Source: Octopus vulgaris (Eukaryota). Taken from it: 64,000 nucleotides of DNA. Both the position numbers and the translations under genes were made by a program. A model generated the notes under the pieces. That model was not told where the DNA came from and searched no databases. It saw nothing but the letters and a program-made list of their open reading frames with translations. The first letter of the stretch is position 1. Each line of letters starts with the position of its first letter. Below, piece by piece: positions 42,943-55,328 of this stretch. Location: positions 53,258,001 through 53,322,000 of the forward strand of contig OX597828.1 of the NCBI GenBank assembly GCA_951406725.2, given 5' to 3'.

Positions 42943-43402
42943 GCGTATACATACATAAATATAAACGTATATACATACACCAAGGTATATTCGGTATGCG
43001 CTTACTTCTCTGTCATATCAAGTATTTTGTTTCTACGAGGTCCCTTGAAAGACAGTGGCCTGTGTTTCAAAACATATTCAAAATAATTCGCCGGAAGTCA
43101 ATTTCTGAAAGGAAGGCTCCAATTATCTCCCTTTACAACTTCCCAGCTTCTACCCCCTGAAACATTTTAGGCACTACAAAATATCAAATTTTATTATCTC
43201 ATTATACATTCATTCATCTATAAATAAGGTTCATTGTCCTTTTATATAAATATCTTTAACTGCAAATCTTTATGTGTATCTGGAGAAAAACGCACATGAA
43301 CACACACATATAGAAATTATACACAGCCAAACGCACAAACACCGTGACAAATATACACATAAAATCATATGTGCTCATAGAGATACACTGACACACACTC
43401 AA

Positions 43403-43474
<72 letters not shown>

Positions 43475-43515
43475 TTTATTTAAAAGCAGCAGAAATATAA
43501 CAAAAGCTGTTACTC

Positions 43516-43557
43516 AGCTGTCCGACGAACGGGAACGTGAAACTCTGAGTAACAGCT
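43516..43557 (+). ncRNA. Type I hammerhead ribozyme motif
   Basis: AGCTGT | CCGACGA | ACG-GGAA-CGT | GAAA | CTC-T-GAG | TA | ACAGCT: 6-bp stem I, GNRA-capped stem II, near-palindromic stem III, GUA triplet. Confidence 0.72.
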
Positions 43558-43604
43558 TTCGTTATATTTCTGCAGCTATTTGAGTACTCTTTTTTCCATC
43601 TTAA

Positions 43605-44868
43605 CCCTTCGACAACATCTGTTAGCCACCAAGTGTCGAAGTGCATCCCTTGACCAAGTTTGCATACATGAGGTTGATAACATCATAAGACATGGAAGGC
43701 AGCTCCTTGAGTAACACTATTTGTCTGATAACCCAGAATACATGCCCAAAGAAGTTGCACGGCTCTACCGCATCAGTTGAAAAGGTGATTTGATATGAGC
43801 AGAAGACTATGCATGGATATGTTAGTAGAAAGCTCCATGATGATAGTAACATCAATCATCAACGCAGTTTATCATGGACCAGTAGCCGGTTTACTACCTC
43901 CCACTTTGAAGAGTATGCGTTTGCAATCCAGGAACAGGAAATATCAACCAAATACCAAATGCACAAAAGGGTTAGAGATGCAGGAAAAGCCGTAAACTGT
44001 GACAACCAATGCAGATTTTGTGGAGTTCACACTGAACATATCACCCACATCATAAGCAGTTGTCCGAAAATGTCATCGCGGTATTATCTACCGATAAGAC
44101 ATGACATTGTAATTAGAACACTCTATAATGAAATCCGTCGGAAGGAAAAAGAAATAAGAACTCACAACATGGTAGAAGCCATAGCCACTCATAATAAAAA
44201 GGAATACTGGTGGAGTGTACCAGTGTCTCCAATAAAATGTAAGCACAACAGACCTGATATAGTGATTTGGGATTGAGAAGAGAAACTGTGTACAGTTGTG
44301 GAAATTAGCTGCCCAGCGGATGTTAACATAAAGCTGAAAATCAGTGAAAAAGAGAACATCTATACTGAACTATTGAGATTACTCTCCAGATTACAAGTAC
44401 CTGTAATTATTAGGGCCATGGGGTATGTAACACACTGCCTAAATACAAGTCTTGAGAAATTAGGCTTCTCAATACCAGAAAGGAGAAAGCTACTTCGAAG
44501 ACTACAGATCCAATCCATCTCTGGAACTGTAAAAATCTGTAAAACTTTCCAGAAGTTTATCATTTAAATATATATGAGCTTGTCTAGATATGCAACTATA
44601 TGCATGAGAATACATACATAAAACATACAAATCTTCACATACATACATACAAACAAACAAACATACATACATACATACATACATATATACATACATACAT
44701 ACATACATACATACATACATACATACATACATACATACATACATACATACAAACAAACAAACAAAAATACCCTGTTGATGTTGAATTTCCAATGAAAGAG
44801 CTTTGGATCAAGGTTATAAACCGGTTCTTTCAATAGCGGCAAAAATCTTGAAATAAACTGAACAATGA
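43605..44868 (+). mobile_element. 5'-truncated R4/Dong-like non-LTR retrotransposon (CCHC knuckle + restriction-like endonuclease) with 3' UTR
   Basis: MHG..., AIQEQEISTK, CRFCGVHTEHITHIISSC, RHDIV, HNRPDIVIWD*...EISCPAD...KENIYTEL, VPVIIRAMG; stop at 44567. The 3' UTR has an internal (CATA)n and ends before CATACATAC. Confidence 0.85.
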
Positions 44869-45456
44869 CATACATACAATCATACATGCATACGTACGAC
44901 ACACCTATACACATCCATTCGTAAACACATGTCCTCACTCCCAGACAAACATGTATTCGTGCTGCCACTTATACATATATATAGACACAGAAAATGCTCA
45001 CAGGCACACACTACACACAGACTTACACAAACATACGCGCGCGCGCGAGCGTCCAGGCACACGCACACGCACACTCCCACAAGCAGCGTTGAACTGGAAA
45101 TTGATCAATTGTGAACTTTAGCAACAAGTCCGTCTGGTTTCACTTTCACTTTCAGACTTCAACCAAGAGAACAACAACATCGACGACGACAACAACAAGA
45201 AGAACAATAACAACAACAGCAGTAGAAGCAGAAACAAATTATTCAAACCTTATTCGCATAATCCAGTCGTTAACCAAACGATGTTTTTCTTGTCCATTTG
45301 CCCGGATGTTAGCCAGGATGAAGGACGCTGGGAGAACTGTGTCTGCCTGGCAGTCTGCATGTGGAAACGGTTTGTTTGTTTATCGACTTGGCGGCTGGCT
45401 TGTTGGCTGGAGGGTGTAGACGGCATGACAGGTTGCGGCGAGGCTGGTTGCAACTT

Positions 45457-45503
<47 letters not shown>

Positions 45504-45585
45504 CATACAGACATATATATATGTGAATACCACCGGCGATTTTTTTTTCCTCTGTCCTCCCGTCTTGGGATCTTTCCTTCTCCCA

Positions 45586-45622
45586 TGTTTCCGACGAAGA
45601 GCTCCGCTCGAAACGTCAGACA
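45586..45622 (+). ncRNA. Type I minimal hammerhead ribozyme motif in a solo pLTR-like repeat (~45525-45718)
   Basis: TGTTT | CCGACGAA | GAGC-TCC-GCTC | GAAA-CG-T-C | AGACA; GUC cleavage triplet. Flanks are homologous to 3604-3795. Confidence 0.75.
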
Positions 45623-45714
45623 CTCCTTCTTCCGTTCTTTCCTGAGCGTCCAATAATACTTTATTTGTTCCACATCCTTGCGTTGTTGTCTTTTTGTTTT
45701 CTTGTTTGGATTAA

Positions 45715-45770
<56 letters not shown>

Positions 45771-45976
45771 CATATATATATTTATATGTAAACACATACA
45801 TATTTATAGACACACACGCACACACACACACACACAAGCATATATATATATATATATACACACACACATATATATATACATACAAACTCATACCCTACAG
45901 CGAACAGCATATTTTCATATTTTGCCTCTGAACCTGCTGAGATATATTTTACGAATAAATACGCAAATATTCATTC

Positions 45977-46018
<42 letters not shown>

Positions 46019-46103
46019 ATGTATATATGAATGTATATAGATACATGTGTATATATGTATATAAGTGTATGCATATATATATATATATATACACATGTAA
46101 ATA

Positions 46104-46161
<58 letters not shown>

Positions 46162-47085
46162 TTTGCACACACATGCGCGCACAGATACAGGCACACATAC
46201 ACACACATATATATACGTGCTTGTGCATGTGTGTATGCCATGTGTGTATGCCATGTGTGTATGCCATGTGTGTATGCCATGTGTGTATGAGTCTTTGTCT
46301 ATGTAAGCGTATGTGTGCGTGTATATGTATGAATATGCCTGCAAGTGTCAGCGCGTGCAAGTGTGCGTGTGGGGTGTGGTGCATGCGCGCCTCTGCATGT
46401 GAATGACGTCCAGTAAAACGTGAAAGTATGAAACCATTAGGACAGACGACCCGGAAACCGTTTAATTAGAAGTTATTGAAGTACAAACTGTCAGGTGACT
46501 GGAGTTGATTAGCTACAATAAAAAGAACGAGGGTGGGCAGGAAAAAGAAGTAGAGGGGGTAAGAGGCTGGAGTTTAGCAAAAGGGAGGCGGTGGTGTGAT
46601 GGTTTGATAATTGGAGGTGGAAATCACTATAGGTGATGCAGCCAGTGGTAGTCGTGTTGGATGCAGCGGCAATAGAGATAATAGTGATGCTGCATGTAGT
46701 GCAAGCGGTCTTGTTGTTTTTTGTGGGGCTTAATTGAAGGGGCTGGTCTGTGATCAAGGATATTCCAGCCATGACCAACATGCCTTTTTAAGGATAAGGA
46801 TATTCCAACCATGACCAGCATGCTTTTTTAAGGATACGTACGGCTACATTATCGAATGTGCTATTCCTTAATTCCGTTTGCTTAGAGGGATATGGTGGCT
46901 CTTCCTAACATGTCAATTCACATGTGGCTCTTCATAATTTGTTTGAAGATCACCGACGTGAAACTTTGTAATATATTACTGAATAAATATAATATTTTTC
47001 TCACCTATTTTTGCACGCATAGTAGGGGTGCTGAAAAGTTCCTGGTTCTGGATAAAAGAAAATATAAGAAGATCAGTTAAAGAAT

Positions 47086-48732
47086 AAAAGCCTCTATACT
47101 GTTATCCCTCACCACGAAGGACTGCAGGCCCTTCGACACTTTCTTGACCTCCGCTCTAACCCTGTACCTGACACCTCCACACTCATTCGTCTGGCCGAAC
47201 TTGTCCTTACTCTGAACTGCTTCTCGTTCGCGGGCGAGTTCTACCATCAGATCTCGGGAGTGGCCGTGGGAACGCGAATGGGCCCCAACTATGCGAACCT
47301 GTTCGTTGGCTATGTTGAGGCCCAAATATTCTCTGGTCCCACTCCTGAACTATATGGTCGTTACATTGACGACATTATCGGTGCCACCTCACTCTCCCGT
47401 GAACATCTAGATTCCTTCCTCTCTTTCGTCCAATCTTTCCATCCAGCCCTCCACTTCACTTCCACTATCTCCAACACCTCTGTCTCCTTCCTCGACATTT
47501 CGGTTAGCATTCTTCACTCCACTCTTACCACCTCCATTCACTACAAACACACAGACTCACACTCATACCTCAACTTCTCTTCCTCCCACCCAGAACACAC
47601 CAAGCTTTCCATCCCCTATTCCCAATTCCTCCGTCTACGTAGGCTCTGTAGTGACGACCATGACTTTGAGACTCAGTCTCAACGTATGGCTCACCACTTC
47701 ACCCTACGTGGATACCCCCTCACCACTATCCACACCGCCCTTGCCAGAGCACGGTCCGTGGACCGTGTATCTGCTCTCTCTCCCCGAACCCGCCCTGTAG
47801 TCTCCCGCCTCCCTTTTCCCCTCACTTACCACCCCACCACCCTACGTCTCCAACGCACCATTCTTCGAGCTTTCCGTCATCTCCAGTCCGACCCGTCCAC
47901 TTCACACCTCTTCCCTAACCGACCCCTCCCCTCTTTCAAACGAGCCCACAACCTTCGAGACCTTTTGGTCCATAGCTCCTTCCCTGACCCTACCTCCCAA
48001 CTCGGCTCGTTCCCCTGCTCCCGCCCACGTTGCCGCACTTGCCCTTACCTCTCCAACACCACCCGCCTCACTAGCACCCACCATCGACCCTATCCCATCA
48101 TCCACTCCTTCACCTGCACCTCCAGCAATATTATCTATTGCGTCTCTTGCTCTCTCTGCAATTCCTTGTACATCGGACAAACGGGACGCCGCTTGGCTGA
48201 CCGGTTCGCGGAACACCTTCGTGACATCCACCTTGCGAACGACACACCGGTCTCACGCCATTTCCGCTCCACCGGTCACTCCTTGCAACACCTATCTGTG
48301 TTCGGTTTGTCCTTACACAGAGGCCATCCGGATTCCTGTTTGCGCCGTGAACAGGTATTAATCTTCTCTCTTCGCTCTTATACGCCATTTGGTCTCAACT
48401 CTCCCCCCCCTCCTCATCTAACCCCCCTCCCCCTCCTCACCTATCCTTCCCCCCGACCCCTACTTCTTCAGTCCTTCATCCTTTCACCCCTACTCCCCTT
48501 CCCTTCTTCCCTCTTTCTCCCTCCCTCCTTCCCTCTTACCTCTGCTCCCTCACTCCCCTTCTCTCTCCCCCTCCCCCTCTTTCCTCCTTCCTCCCCTCCT
48601 CTCTCCCTCCTCCTCTCCTCTCCTCTTCCCCCTCCCCTCCTCTTCTTCCCCTCCCCTTCTCTCCCCCTCTTCTCCCCCTCTCCCTCTTCTCCTCACTACA
48701 CCACACGACTTTACACATCACATCATATATGA
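47086..48732 (+). CDS. Penelope-like retroelement ORF, 5'-truncated: reverse transcriptase + Cys linker + GIY-YIG endonuclease (Neptune-like)
   Basis: Open frame reads KSLYTVIPH...NCFSFAGEFYHQISGVAVGTRMGPNYANLFVG...YGRYIDDI (RT motifs), CSRPRCRTC linker, then IIYCVSCSLCNSLYIGQTGRRLADRFAEH...RRE..LI..L.S..P.GLN (GIY-YIG). No stop from 47086 to 48732; the last ~110 codons are a low-complexity pyrimidine tract. Confidence 0.93.
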   Translation, partial: KSLYTVIPHHEGLQALRHFLDLRSNPVPDTSTLIRLAELVLTLNCFSFAGEFYHQISGVAVGTRMGPNYANLFVGYVEAQIFSGPTPELYGRYIDDIIGATSLSREHLDSFLSFVQSFHPALHFTSTISNTSVSFLDISVSILHSTLTTSIHYKHTDSHSYLNFSSSHPEHTKLSIPYSQFLRLRRLCSDDHDFETQSQRMAHHFTLRGYPLTTIHTALARARSVDRVSALSPRTRPVVSRLPFPLTYHPTTLRLQRTILRAFRHLQSDPSTSHLFPNRPLPSFKRAHNLRDLLVHSSFPDPTSQLGSFPCSRPRCRTCPYLSNTTRLTSTHHRPYPIIHSFTCTSSNIIYCVSCSLCNSLYIGQTGRRLADRFAEHLRDIHLANDTPVSRHFRSTGHSLQHLSVFGLSLHRGHPDSCLRREQVLIFSLRSYTPFGLNSPPPPHLTPLPLLTYPSPRPLLLQSFILSPLLPFPSSLFLPPSFPLTSAPSLPFSLPLPLFPPSSPPLSLLLSSPLPPPLLFFPSPSLPLFSPSPSSPHYTTRLYTSHHI

Positions 48733-49115
48733 TGTGCCATACTAATACATACACCAACTAATACATACTAATACGTACTAATACATACTAATACATACTA
48801 ATACATACACCAACCCTATACATACACACGTCTTATACTCTCTCATACACACACACACACACTTATACATACTAATACGTACTAATACATACTAATACAT
48901 ACTAATACATACACCAACCCCTACATACGCCTGTCCAGACCTATCCTAGGGTCATTCAACCCTATTATCAACCCTATTATCTCCCCTTATTTCGCTCTCG
49001 CGTCTCATGTTTGATCTTTGACCTCTGGCCGAAATCAGATCGCCATGTTGATTCGTTAGTTACTGCACGCATTTTTTTCTCTCCTTCTTTCTGTGTTTTT
49101 TTTTCTCTCTGTGTA

Positions 49116-49153
49116 TCTTTCTGTTGAAGAGCGTAGGCTCGAAACGTTAAAGA
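49116..49153 (+). ncRNA. Type I minimal hammerhead ribozyme motif in PLE pLTR (variant core)
   Basis: TCTTT | CTGTTGAA | GAGC-GTAG-GCTC | GAAA | CG-T-T | AAAGA: stem I 5 bp, stem II 4 bp, palindromic ACGT stem III, core CUGUUGA rather than CUGANGA. Confidence 0.7.
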
Positions 49154-49263
49154 CTTGTTTTATTTATATTTCCTGAGCGCCATACTAATACAATTGTTTG
49201 TTTGTTTTCCACCTGCCTTCGTCTTTTGTCTATTTTCATAAAGCTTCCCGTTATATATATATA

Positions 49264-49548
49264 TCACCGACCAGGCTATCAGATGTTGGTACACATCGCT
49301 GGTCACAATGCACTTCGCATTGTTTTAGCCTTCAAATGACGCCACCCCGCTGGCTAAGCGAGCAGGCCAACAGAAGAAAGAGTGAGAGAAAGTTGTGGCG
49401 AGAGAGTACAGCAGGGATCGCCACCACCCCCTGCCGAAGCTTCGTGGAGCTTTTAGGTGTTGTCGCTCAATAAACACTCACAACGCCCGGTCTGGGAATC
49501 GAAACCGCGATCCTACGACCGCGTGTCCGCTGCCCTAAACACTGGGGA
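49264..49548 (-). mobile_element. SINE family C (tRNA-derived)
   Basis: Minus strand GTTTAGGGCAGCGGACACGCGGTCGTAGGATCGCGGTTTCGATTCCC (tRNA-like, B-box); homologous to 2740-2922 and 59927-60072. Confidence 0.8.
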
Positions 49549-49637
49549 TCCACACACACACATATATATGTAAGTATGTATGCATTTACATATGCATTAA
49601 TTTTCTCTATTTTCTCTCCTTGTTTCTTTCTGTGTTC

Positions 49638-49673
49638 CTTTCTGTGGAAGAGCGTAGGCTCGAAACATTAAAG
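49638..49673 (+). ncRNA. Hammerhead motif, second related copy (variant core)
   Basis: CTTT | CTGTGGAA | GAGC-GTAG-GCTC | GAAA-CATT | AAAG. Flanks at ~49600-49750 resemble 49070-49250. Confidence 0.6.
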
Positions 49674-49780
49674 ACTTTTTCACTTCCCGTGCGTTATACT
49701 AATACATCTGTTCGTTACCTACACCACCTGTCTTCGTCTTTTGTTTTTTGTGTGTATATATATATATATGTATATGTATG

Positions 49781-49840
<60 letters not shown>

Positions 49841-50134
49841 TGTATGTATGTATGTATGGATGGATAGATGGATATGTGTATGTATACATCCACATATGCA
49901 TTTTCGTTTGTATATGGATATACATAGATTTATTTTAAAATGTAGATGCAAACCGAAGGGCCATAACATTGAATGTGCTTGTTTGCGTGTACGATGCCGT
50001 AGGGTATGAGAGTGTTTCCGTGTGTGTATGTATGTGCGCGCGTGCGTTCGCGAGTGCGTGCGTGTATGTGTGTGTGTGTGTAATAAAATAAAGTACAAAT
50101 AAGCAAACACCTGTTATCAGATCAGAATATATGA

Positions 50135-50500
<366 letters not shown>

Positions 50501-50505
50501 TCTCT

Positions 50506-50537
<32 letters not shown>

Positions 50538-52019
50538 ATGGTTGTATATGTGTCTGTGAACTATACACCTAAACTTATATATATGTACGGAAACACATAC
50601 ATACAACGTGCAACAGACATACAAACACATATTCTGGAGACGCCATCATAAATAGGAAAGTATTTCAATGTCTTCCTAAAGCAAACCCGGTTCAATATAA
50701 TATTAAATAAGAATTACTTTTAAAAAATATCATTATATTTCTTTCAATTTACCTTTTTGTTTGTTTGTTTGTTTGTTTGTTTTTGCTTTTGTTTTGTTTA
50801 CATTTTTTTTTTCTTTCTTAAATTCATATAATTTTAATCTTTTTATTCTAGAAATTCCTGCAATCAAAAATTCAAGAGAAATCATTAAAATTTGACGTAA
50901 TTATCTCCAATAAAAATTTGATGAATCACACAACATCGCTTTCTCATTCTCGTTCTTCTCTTTCTCTTTTGACTCTCTTTCATTTCTATCTTTCTTCTCA
51001 TCTTAGTGCCCCCCCCCACTCTATTAACTTTCTATCTTTTACTCATCATTATTTTTTCTTTTGCTTCTTTTCTTCCTTCCTTATGTTCTTAATTTTTTTC
51101 CTTCCTTTTTACTGTCTTTTTACCTTTCTTTCACATTTCTATCTTTCTTTCTCTTTCTTTTCTTTCTTCTTCTTCCTTCTTTCCTCCTTTCTTTCTTTCT
51201 TTCTCTCCTCTTTCTATTTATTTACTGTATTTCCTTCTAAAACCCGCCATCTGTCGGTATTTCCTTCTCTCATAATTCAGTGCCATTACCTTTCTTTCTT
51301 TCCCACTCTCTGCCCCATCCGACATCATCTCTCTCTCTCTTTCTCTATGCCTTCCTCTCTTTCTCTCTCTCACTCGCTTTCTCTATGCTTTCGTCTCTCT
51401 CTCTCTCTTTCTCTATACCTTCCCCCTCTCTCTCTCTCTCTTTTCCTCGACCTTCCATTGATTTTTTTTTGTTTTGTCCATGATTTGTGTTTAGTTTGAT
51501 TCGTTAACTTTTAGAAACTTTCACCTAAAAGTTGATGAGGAGGAGGAAGAGGAGAAAGAGGAAGAATGTGGGGAGGAGGGAGGGAGAAAGAGGCGGAAGG
51601 TGCGGAGGATGAAGGGAAGGAGGAAGTGGAAGATGGGGGAGGAGAATGAAGGTAGGAAGGAAGAGGACGAGGGGAAGAAGAAGAAGGTGGGGTGGAGGAG
51701 GAGGAAGGTGAGGAGTTTAGGAGAGAGAGGAGAAGGAGAAGGAAGAATGTGGGGAGGAGGAGGAGGAAGAAGAAGAAGGAGGAGGAGGAGGAAGAAGAGG
51801 AGGAGGAAGAGGAGGGTTCTTACATAGACGCAAAGTCTGAAATTTTCAGAGAACTATATAGATGTAATCGCCCTCAGCGAATACTTTATTTAATCGGCCC
51901 TGAAAGGAAGCAAACGCAAAGTTGACGCAGGCGCATTTTAAGCATCGAAAATAAGAAAAAACCATTTAAAAATACCAAGCGAGTACAAAGCAATTCCATG
52001 CAATGAAAGGTTAGACCGT

Positions 52020-52170
52020 AGCAGGGCTACCTATTTACGGCTGAGTGGACTGGAGCAACGTGAAATGAAGTGTCTTGCTCAAGAACTCAACGCACTGCTC
52101 GGTTGGGAAATCGAAACCGCGATGTATCGTTTGTGAGTGCAACACCTCGACCCACAAAGCAACGCGTCTG
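52020..52170 (-). mobile_element. tRNA-derived SINE fragment (Meta/V-like head)
   Basis: Minus strand GGTTTCGATTTCC...GCGTTGAGTTCTTGAGCAAGACACTTCATTTCACGTTGCTCCAGTCCACTCAGC. Confidence 0.6.
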
Positions 52171-52179
52171 TCATATATT

Positions 52180-52785
52180 ATTCTTTCTTCTTTCTGCCTT
52201 TAACCCTTCAACGCGGAGTATAGGCCACTTACGAATTCCATGTCGCATAATTTATCGCTTCTGTACTTATACTCTGCCATGAATGTCCCTCTTTCTCTAG
52301 TTCCTTTTGTGTTGATCTCCACCACGAGTTCTTAGGCCCACCTTTCTTTCTACACCCAACCGGTTTCCACTGTAAAGCACTTTTCGCTACATTTGCTGTG
52401 TCTTTTCTAATTGTGCTACCAATCCACTTTCACTTTTTCTTAAATATTTGCTCCCTAATCGAAACTTGATTTCTTCTTTGCCATAGCTCCATATTGCTTA
52501 TGTGTTTGGGCCATCTAATTTTAAGTATACTACGCAAGCATCTGTTGATGAATGATTGTATTTGCTTATTTGACTTAACTGTTGTTCACCATGTCTCAGC
52601 CCCATACAATAACACTGCTTTTACGTTAGTGTTAAAAATTCTTATTTTGTTCTTTATTGAAATTACACTTGCGCTCCAAACTTTTTTTAACAGGTGAAAA
52701 GCGGTCCCTGCCTTACTTATTCTCGTCTTAATATCTTCGTCGATGCCACCTGAGAACGGTATCTTACTACCTAAATACGTAATCA
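52180..52785 (-). mobile_element. RTE-clade LINE 3' fragment
   Basis: TYLGS, GGIDEDIKTRISKAGTAF, RIFNTNVKAVLLYGAETW, FINRCLRSILKIRWP..ISNMELW, KWIG, ALQWKP.G.RKKGGP..SW.R. Confidence 0.88.
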
Positions 52786-53210
52786 AATTGATCACGAAAA
52801 CACTGATAATTGACAAGTCTGTCCATATATAGGCGACATAAATAAACATCAACCGTATACATCAGACATTTGCACCATACATAGACATCAAACATAAACA
52901 TTACACACAGACGTCGTACAAAGACATTTCCTCAATTATGCAAATGTACAACAGATTCGAACTCGGAATGATAATGATACTGAATTAGTTTGTCACTCCA
53001 CCATACATTATAAGCAATGTTGTTTTAGTTATTGCTGTTGTTGTTTTTTTAGCACTAGGTCAGCACCAATCTGATCGAATAGTGCCATGATCATATCTGA
53101 TAAAGGTTTATCGCATCTTGTGATGGTATGTTGCTTTCAGCTCGTCTATTTCACTGGAACATGTAGCTTTTGATGGGTATGATAATGTGGAATTACTTAT
53201 ACAGCGTGGG

Positions 53211-53254
<44 letters not shown>

Positions 53255-53654
53255 CGTTGCTGTTGTTTTTGTTGTTTGGCTCAGGACTTTAGTCCGAATG
53301 AATAAACTTTCATTCAAATCTTTTATCGTGATGTCACAGTTTTGGTCTGCGTTTTAGGGAACAGTCTATCTTAGACTACATTTCAACATTGCATTCTTAC
53401 TTCTTGTTTAGCCCAACGTCATGAAAGGTAATGTAATCCCATAAATCATATATTCCAGACGTGACCATCTCGTTAGATTTTAGAAATAGTGTGTCATTTT
53501 CTGATCTGCTCTTCCTCTTTTAAGCCTGTGCTGTGTGATTGGAGGGTTATTTAACTATCGTTTCAAATGTATTACTTGAAAGTTGTATAAGGGTATGGTG
53601 ATGAATGCGATATTAGCAGGAAAGCAGTGCGTTCAGATACACTTACACATATAC

Positions 53655-54212
53655 CAGATCGTCCCATAAGTTCTGTCCGAATTTTGAATGAAGAAAACAA
53701 GTGATCAAATGTTATATTTTATTGAAATTTAATCATCAATGTACTTTCCCTGATTATCTATGACTTCCTTCCATCTATTTACAAGCTTTTTAATCCGATC
53801 AATGTAAAACTCTTTTGGTTTCAAAGCGAAGAACTCTGAAATGTCAGTTACAACCTCCTCCGCTTGTTAAAGTTATGTCCCCCAAATGATTCTGTAAACT
53901 ACGAAACGAATGGTAGTCTGAAGGAGCAAGGTCGGAAGAATAAGGTGGAGGAAGGATTTTTTCCCAACCAAGCACTTTGATCTTCTGTGATGTGATTTTT
54001 GCAGTGTGGGATCGCACATTGTCCTGATGAAACATCACTCATTTTCGATTCACTAAAGCGGGGTTTTTTTTTCAAAGCTTGGTTCAAACGCTCTAAATGC
54101 TGACAGTAGACTTGAGCATTGATTATTGCATTAGGTGGTAACAATTCAATGTGAATTACTCCTTTACAATCCCACCAAATAGAGAGAAGGACCTTTTTTC
54201 CATGAATTCCAT
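53655..54212 (-). pseudogene. Mariner transposase remnant, 3' half plus terminus
   Basis: HGKKVLLSIWWDCKGVIHIELL, FHQDNVRSH, PPYSSDLAPSDYHSFRSLQNHL. Confidence 0.9.
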
Positions 54213-55055
54213 CTTCCATAACTAGAGAGTCTTCTTTAATCATTTCACCACTGGAGAAGTTTGGGAGTTCTTTCTGCAATATGGACACATATTTATTTAA
54301 ATTTATCTTTCCCTTGCACTCAACCACCTCTGATCAACCATTGCTCCAAATTGTTCCCCAGACCATCACAGAATAGCTGCCGTATTTCATTGTTGGCTGC
54401 AATCTTTTCACATTCAATTCTTGAGGAAATAGTCTCCAGACCCACACTCGACCACTGTTAAGAAATACAGCAAATCTGGACACATCAGAGCATATAACAG
54501 TGTCCCAAAATGCTAATGGCCTCTCCACCATCTCGCTGGTCCTATCTTTTCTCCGCTTCATATTGGCTGGTCAAAGATGTGGCTTCCTTCTTCCTGCTCT
54601 GCCTTAGTAACCAAGTTTGTGGAGATACCTGACATCTGTTCTGGGACTGGCATCAACTTGCTCTGCTATGTCAGAAGTCTTGCAACAAGGATTATCCTCC
54701 ACACTTCTTTTAGCAAAGAGAAGGGTCCTGTCAGAGGGCCCTGGTTGATCTGGACAAGGGGATGTGGACTCCTTCCCCTCTCTGGTAAATTGCACAATCA
54801 CTCTGTTAACTGTAGAAAGCGGGATCTCAAGGTTTTCTGCGATTTTACACTGACTATATCCACCTTCAGAATCACCCACAATACGGCATCTTTGAAATTC
54901 AGGCAGTTCCAAGGCTTATTTTGTACATGGCATCATTAAACAGTCTCATATAGAACCTGAAACATAAAAATATCGATTAATAAGGAATATAAACCTTTAC
55001 AAGTTTGAATAAACAAAAAGAACGATGGTTTATGGGGTGTCTATTTACTTCTAAC
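54205..55055 (-). pseudogene. Tc1-family transposase remnant, 5' two thirds
   Basis: [12 protein letters not shown]...[16 protein letters not shown] (paired-like HTH), VICSDVSRF, PTMKYGSYSVMVWG, GKINLNKYVSILQKEL...VMEDG. Confidence 0.88.
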
Positions 55056-55328
55056 ATGTGTGTGTGTATATATTATAGTTTATAATTATACAATATGTTA
55101 AATATATATTATAGTTTATAATTATGATATATGTTACATATATATATATTATATCATTCCTTGATACTGTGTCGTCTAAGATCCCCGATGACAGGCCGCT
55201 GGTATTTATAGAGTGTTAAACACTTTCAGTATGCAAATTAGGGACTCCTTCATAGAATAACTGCTGCATTTGTTGAGTATATAAACAGTTGCGCTGCATA
55301 ACTGTCTGGAGACTGTGGACTGTCAATA

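Larger units (their letters stand above)
47086..49255 (+). mobile_element. Penelope-like element including 3' pseudo-LTR with hammerhead motif
   Basis: ORF above, then CT-rich tract, (TACTAATACA)-type repeats at 48740-48920, a hammerhead-bearing segment at ~49070-49250 and termination in (TA)n. The 5' junction follows a mariner-type TIR fragment at 47022-47080. Confidence 0.85.

Noticed and set aside
48740-48920. CRISPR-like or telomere-like repeat array
   Set aside because: Short TACTAATACA tandem units and one local duplication within the PLE 3' region, without unique spacers; eukaryotic context.
54023-54035. CTGATGAAAC as a hammerhead core
   Set aside because: It is the antisense of the mariner FHQD codons.
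55180-55250. CCGATGA plus hairpin upstream of the 55343 hammerhead
   Set aside because: No GAAA or stem III can be placed convincingly.
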